DNA from: Eledone cirrhosa
Lineage: Eukaryota
Assembly: GCA_964016885.1 (NCBI GenBank)
Contig: OZ024740.1
Span: forward strand, 202,430,001-202,494,000
Direction: 5' to 3'
Length of the DNA stretch: 64,000 nt
A program made the translations under genes and the position numbers. The notes beneath the pieces were generated by a model. That model did no database searches. It had not been told where the DNA came from and saw only the letters and a list, made by a program, of their open reading frames with translations. Positions 58,506-64,000 of this stretch are shown in pieces. Position 1 is the first letter of the stretch, and every line of letters begins with the position of its first letter.

Positions 58506-58730
58506 AAATGTGGTTGGTGTTAGGAATGGCATCCGGGGGTAGAAAACCTGCCAGAAACAGTTCTGTACGAGCGAGACACGGTCACCCGACCAATCTTGCC
58601 TCAAGTGGGACAACCCATCCAACCCATGCTAGCATGGAAGATTGACGATAAATGATGATGACAATGGTGTATCATTGTTTTTACATCAACTTTTCCATGC
58701 TGGCATGGGTTAGATGGGACATTTTGAGGC
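58506..58730. mobile_element. Two RTE-tailed repeat ends, tail-to-tail (58506-58661 plus; ~58670-58730 minus)
   Basis: Homologous to 4859-5016; AACCCATGCTAGCATGGAA followed by TTCCATGCTGGCATGGGTT. Confidence 0.7.
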
Positions 58731-58860
58731 ATATACATGGTATATACATGTATGTATGTACTTATGTGCATGTAGTGTTTATTCTTTCTTAGATCATGAT
58801 AAAGTTTGTTTCTCAGATAAACATGATTTTTTTTATAAAGAGTGAGCTAAGTATTTCATT

Positions 58861-59036
58861 AATTGTTTCTACTTTAGGCACAAGGCCAGCAATTACCCAG
58901 TACATTACTGGTACTTTATTTTATCGACCCCGTAAGGATGAAAGGCAAAGTCAACCTCGGCGGGATTTGAACTCAGATCGTAAAGGGACGTAACTATGCT
59001 AGAAAGCATGGCGTCTGACTCTCTACCAATACTGCC
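58861..59036 (-). mobile_element. tRNA-derived SINE
   Basis: Same B-box, core and 3' end as 18434-18600. Confidence 0.78.
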
Positions 59037-59523
59037 ATAATACTTCTTATGTGTGTGTGTACTATATATGTGTGTGTGTATTGTTGATTTACTTAGTTCC
59101 AATGTTTCTAGTAACATTGTCCCTGGTGGAGATGAAAGTTATATCTGAGCTCCCTGCTACCACAACAACAACAACATATTTGGAACAGTAGTTGTGTATT
59201 TGTATAATCTGTTTTTATCTTGTAAATCAGGAAATTTTACAAAAATACATGTAGGTCTCTTCAGAAGACAATTATTTTAGAATGTTTAGAGTTAACAATT
59301 CTGACATAATCCAAGCTGTTCAGTCTTTTTCAAGCCCCTTTCCCTCCTTACACACACTGTTTTCTAGTAAAAGAAGCCCCCCACTCCACCCCCCCGAAAA
59401 AAAGGGTGTAAAAAAGAGAACTAAATTAATTTACTCTTAACATCGTGTACCACATATTAGCAACATAGTCTTGAAGCTTTTGTCTAATACTGCAAATTTT
59501 CATAATGATCTTTTCACTAAAAC

Positions 59524-60126
59524 ATAATTAGTTGGCTGGAATTTGCAGATGACATGGTGTTACTTAACTCGACAGAAGGTGGTCTCCGACTTCCAGTTGA
59601 TAGGTTTGATGCCGAGTGCTGTATGGCTGGAATGAAAATCAGTGCTGCAAAAACTGAGACACTCGTCCTCTCAAAGAAGCCCGTGTAATGCATTCTACAT
59701 GTGAATGGAGTTCCACTGAAGCAGGTAGAGAAGTTCAAGTATCTCAGGGCTGTATTCACAAGGGATGGAAAGCAAGAAGCTGAATTAGTTGCAAAAATTG
59801 CATGAGCTGGTGCAGTAATGTGCCAGCTTCAGTGATCAGTAGAAGGGAGGTAGGTGTAAAAGCCAAACTTGCTGTCTTCAATTTGGTAATTGTGCCAACC
59901 CTTGCCTATGGTCATGAATCTTGAGTAATGACTGAAAGAATATGATCACAAATACAAGCGGCCAAAATGGGGTTCCTCTGAATGGTCTTTGGAATAACAT
60001 CACTTGATAAAGTGTGTAGCTCAGAGATCAGAGAGTCACTCCAGGTAGAGCTGCTACTTCTCCGAATTAAGAGATCACAGCTTCAATACTATGGGCGTGT
60101 GATAAGAATGTCTCAGGAAAGAATTG
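59524..60126 (+). pseudogene. Degenerate RTE-clade (Rex3/Expander-like) RT fragment, absent from the ORF track
   Basis: Manual translation: LEFADDMVLL...GMKISAAKTETLVL...LKQVEKFKYL...VPTLAYGHES*VMTER...IKRSQLQYYGRVIRM, with many stops and one frameshift. Confidence 0.85.
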
Positions 60127-60262
60127 GTGAACAGCAGAGGAGAAGGAGATGTGTTCACTAATAAAGATATTATAAACATTTGAATTGCCGAACATGCTTT
60201 TAGATATTTATTGCTGAATCATTACAGGATGGTAGGATGTAATAATAATAAGTTATATTAAT

Positions 60263-60430
60263 AATTGTTTCTACTTTTGGCACAAGGCCAGCAATTATCC
60301 CAGTGTATTACTGGTACTTTATTTTATCGACCCCCGTAAGGATAAAAGGCAAAGTTAACCTCAGCGGGATTTGAACTCAGAATAGCAAGGGCCGTTGCTC
60401 TATGCGTCAAAGCATGGCGCCTGACCCTCT
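60263..60430 (-). mobile_element. tRNA-derived SINE (a more degenerate copy follows at ~60440-60600)
   Basis: Close match to 58861-59036. Confidence 0.78.
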
Positions 60431-61419
60431 ATTAATAATGGTTCCAAATCTAAGCACAAAGCCAACAATTATAGTGGGGGAGAAAGTTGATTAAATTCAC
60501 CCTAGTACTTGGTTGGTTCTTTATTTTATTGACCGCAGAAAGACAAAGTTCACCTTGGTGATATTTGACACAGGCTGCAGAGAACGAGAATGAATACCGC
60601 AAACATTTTATCCAACAATTCAAAATACCATATCAATAAACCGAAGACTAAATGGATTATAATTGAACGAAGAACTAGGGTGCAATAATGAGGGTATCTA
60701 AGGGCTTTGAGGTGGGGGGAGGTAGCAGCTAAGGTGTGAATGCTGAAGGGGGCATAGTTGGGGTAGGTGGGGTGTAGTGCTGGTGAGAATAGCTGCCTTG
60801 ATTCACTGCCATTGATCTACTGTCTGTGGAGAACTAGGCTTGACTTTTACATAGGATCAGCTTTTATACAGTAAATATGGTAATCATTTTCATGAAATTT
60901 CTCATGAAATTTACAACATATATATATACTTCAATTAATTTTGGAAGTAATGAAGTATTTGAAAATCTTTAGGAAAATAACTTTTTCATTTGGAATCTGA
61001 CCTTTGGACCAACTTAACATTTTCTTTGATAGAATTATGATAAAAGGCTTTAATTGCCATAGAAACAATTTAAAAGGGACAGATTTGTATCAGAGAACCA
61101 GGGGCAGTCACAGGTGAGTTGGTATCTAAATGGTTAATTACTTTTATTGGTTATAAGTTATGACTAATTAACCAGGCTATAGAATTATATTTGGACTGTT
61201 GCTGTTGTTGTTACACCTATGCAAAGTTGGTCCCGTAGAAGATTTCTCAGGTGTTTTAATGATAGGGCTACCCAATCCTATAATAAAAAGCAATATGAAA
61301 TGAAGCATCTTACTCAAGAACACAACACACCACTCCAGTCTGGGAGTTGAACTTATGGCCAAATGATCTTGAGTCCAATACCCTAACCACTAGGTCACGC
61401 TGTTCTGTCTATGAAAAAT

Positions 61420-61540
61420 AATTGTTTCTACATTAGGCACAAGGCCAGTAATTTGAAGGGAATCGAAAAGTCGATTAAATCGACCCCAGTGCGTAACTGG
61501 TACTTTATTTTATCGACCTCTGTAAGGATGAAAGGCAAAA
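61420..61540 (-). mobile_element. SINE 3' fragment
   Basis: TTGTTTCTACATTAGGCACAAGGCC...TCGACCCCAGT...ACTGGTACTTTATTTTATCGACC...GGATGAAAGGCAAA. Confidence 0.7.
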
Positions 61541-61601
61541 GAAAGATAATAATAATGAAAATTATTGTATACAGTCCTTATATCATTACAGGCACAGCTA
61601 A

Positions 61602-61942
61602 TTAACCCTTTCATGGCTGTATTTCTAATGAAATATACTCTAACTCTATTTCAATTAATTAATTGTTTCTACTTTTGGCACAAGGCCAACAATTACCCAA
61701 TACATTACTGGTACTTTATTCTATCGACCCCAGAAGGATGAAAGGCAAAGTTAACCTCGGCGCGATTTGAACTCATAATGAATAATTTTGAAGGAGTTTC
61801 TAAAATTATTATTTCATTGCTAAAATGATTTAACATATAGTTCATATATAAAATTATGTTGGAAGATTATAATTTAAAAAATAACCTTTTAAAGTGGGTA
61901 GTTTTGTTTCCTAGAAGGACCAATTTTGGTAGGGTTGGTAAG
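61602..61942. mobile_element. AT-rich MITE-like repeat starting TTAACCCTTT, with a SINE nested at 61661-61775
   Basis: TATTTCTAATGAAATATAC and AAATTATGTTGGAAG blocks recur at ~17500-17690 and ~21100-21330; those copies lack the SINE. Confidence 0.5.
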
Positions 61943-62335
61943 AACAGTCTCTTAGTATGAGGTGTTGTATCATCATAGACATCAGACATATCTAATTAAA
62001 CCCATTGTATCGTTAATGAAAAAAAACTATAATTACTGGTTCTCAGGCAGCTTCCTTATTGTATTTGAGAACCAAAAGACAGTGAAAACTTTATATATAT
62101 ATTTCACTGTATATTTATCTTTTTGACATTTATTTCAATACACAGGATTTTTAATGAATACTGTACTGTTATGTACTGTGTGTGTGTGTGTGTGTGACAA
62201 GGCATAGGTGAGTTTGTAGGTAAATAAGTAGGTAGGTAGATTTGGTGGGTGGGACTTTGTTAATATGGCATGAGCAATGGCATGTTATGAAATAAAAATG
62301 CTAAGGTAAACAAATTAAATGTTGTATACTTGAAG

Positions 62336-62590
62336 GACAGTAGCCTCACATAGCTATACCACCTCTTTCAATTGAAGTGAATATTTGAGGGACAGAAGCC
62401 TCACATAGTTATACCACCTCTTTCAATTCTTCTCTTCTTCTTTTTAGCCTACTTATTCCTGAGAGGGCCATGGCGGCAGAGTCCTCATCTTTTTCAATTG
62501 AAGTGAATATTTGAGAGGTCAATAGCCTCACACAATGATACCATCTCTTTCAAATGTATTTAAGGGACATTAACCTCACATCTCTTTCAA
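62336..62590. repeat. Three to four diverged ~55-bp direct repeats
   Basis: AGCCTCACATAGCTATACCACCTCTTTCAATTGAAGTGAATATTTGAG recurs. Confidence 0.75.
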
Positions 62591-63619
62591 GACAAAAGCC
62601 AACAGATTTGTAAAATGTTTATACTATAATAAATGTATTCATATTATTTCAAAAAATTTATTGTCATTATTCAAGTTCTATGATAATGTACCTAGTGGTC
62701 TACAAAACCATGAAATAGAAAAAAGGTTAGATAAATAGATATTTTTTATAGTGTAAGCAATGTTTAGTTTACTTTTTTAGTATATCTGCCACTTAGTGGA
62801 CTAAAGCAACATGAAATGAAGGGTCTTACTGAAGGATATACCATGGATATACCAAAATGGAAGCCATGTTCTTACAACCATGAGTCAAGCACCCCAACTA
62901 CTAGGCCATATGCCTTCACTTGCAGTCTAAATATTTTAATATTCAACACTATTATCACATTAAAGTTGGATAGTATTAACTCTTAACATCCTGTTATTAA
63001 GTCACAACAAAACCACCCAATCCACACTGTAAAGCAGTCATGTAGGTGCTGTGATAAAAATCGGCCAGTCTACACTGTAGATGTCACAACAAAAATTGGG
63101 TTTGTTAATTCAAATGTTTATAGTATTTTTATTGATAAACCATTATGAAAAGGTTTTTACAGTATTAGAGTTAAAACTTTAATAAATTTTTTTATGTGAT
63201 GTAGTCATAGTACTTTTTTGTATTGTTTAAAAATATCTTGCTAATATGGTTTCATGTGGTATAGAATGTTAACATCGGAGTAGATAAAGTAGCTGACTGC
63301 AACACAGAACAAAATCCATAATCTTACCAACAGAAGTCTAACCTCCTAACCACTAGGCCACATGTTTCCACTTTCCAGTCTAAATATTTTGTTATTCAGC
63401 TTATTTATCATAATAAAGTTGGATAGTGTTAAATAGAAGTAGAGTAGGTAACTGAAACAAAAGGTAGTCAAGTGTTATTTAACCGGTAAAGTAAAGTTGA
63501 AAGGCTTGATAATGAATTAGAGCATGGAAATAAACGAGCACATACAGATAACTTTCTGTAAAAACTAATCTATTTTGAGTCTAAACTAAATGTCTGCCGT
63601 ATCTCATGATAATGTTATT

Positions 63620-63683
<64 letters not shown>

Positions 63684-63689
<6 letters not shown>

Positions 63690-64000
63690 TAAAAAGGAAA
63701 AGAAAATGCTGACAAATTTTTCCAAGTGAAAAATAGTTTAATTAGGAATAAGTATAAATTAGTAATAAGTATTAGTTAGTATTCAATTTTAGTTTTAAGT
63801 TTTTACCGGTTGCGCATTTCTTATGCTTTTCAAAAATAATTTTGAGATAGAGTGCACGTGAATTTTACTCTAATCTGATCAGTTTTGGAAATTCTTCCTG
63901 TTTTATGTGAAAAAAGTGGCTTGGAAGGTATTAAGATTTGGTTGGTTGTTGAATGTCACGTGAATAAGCACTATAAATTTCGCGGCAATTCGTGTTGCAA
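63684..64000. repeat. Dispersed repeat homologous to 726-927, here not folded back; runs off the window
   Basis: Shared GAAAATGCTGACAAATT...TTTTTACCGGTTGCGCATTTC...TTTTCAAAAATAATTTTGAGATAGAGTG; also begins at a (TA)n tract. Confidence 0.8.

Noticed and set aside
59215-59300. Possible host micro-exon (AG...GTAGGT)
   Set aside because: Splice-like motifs are common in AT-rich DNA; no recognisable peptide or neighbouring exons.
62860-63432. Diverged ~100-bp direct duplication (62890-62980 / 63345-63432)
   Set aside because: Appears to be an ordinary old local duplication of a SINE head with flank; nothing further supportable.

Overview
AT-rich, repeat-dominated eukaryotic DNA; the repeat families and (TA)n landscape suggest a cephalopod (octopus-like) genome, which is inference. 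I see no host protein-coding gene. About 55% of the window (21604-56858) is one ~35.3 kb tandem array of a 32-bp unit (GAACTGATGACTATGGGGTTGATACAGAACAT, ~1100 copies) with one visible indel, a small set of recurring variants and nested higher-order duplications. The first 10 kb alternates long (TA)n/(TATG)n tracts with at least six inverted-repeat structures built from retroelement ends. Two fold back at the 5' edge of a minus-strand type I hammerhead ribozyme motif of the Penelope-like (PLE) kind, and one is a PHD-finger RTE LINE bracketed by two inverted copies of its own 3' end. The rest holds a PLE GIY-YIG fragment split by a CR1 insertion, degenerate CR1-group and Rex3/Expander-like LINEs, many tRNA-derived SINEs, a 22/24-bp minisatellite and MITE-like remnants. 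Nearly all ORFs in the track are artefacts of simple repeats.
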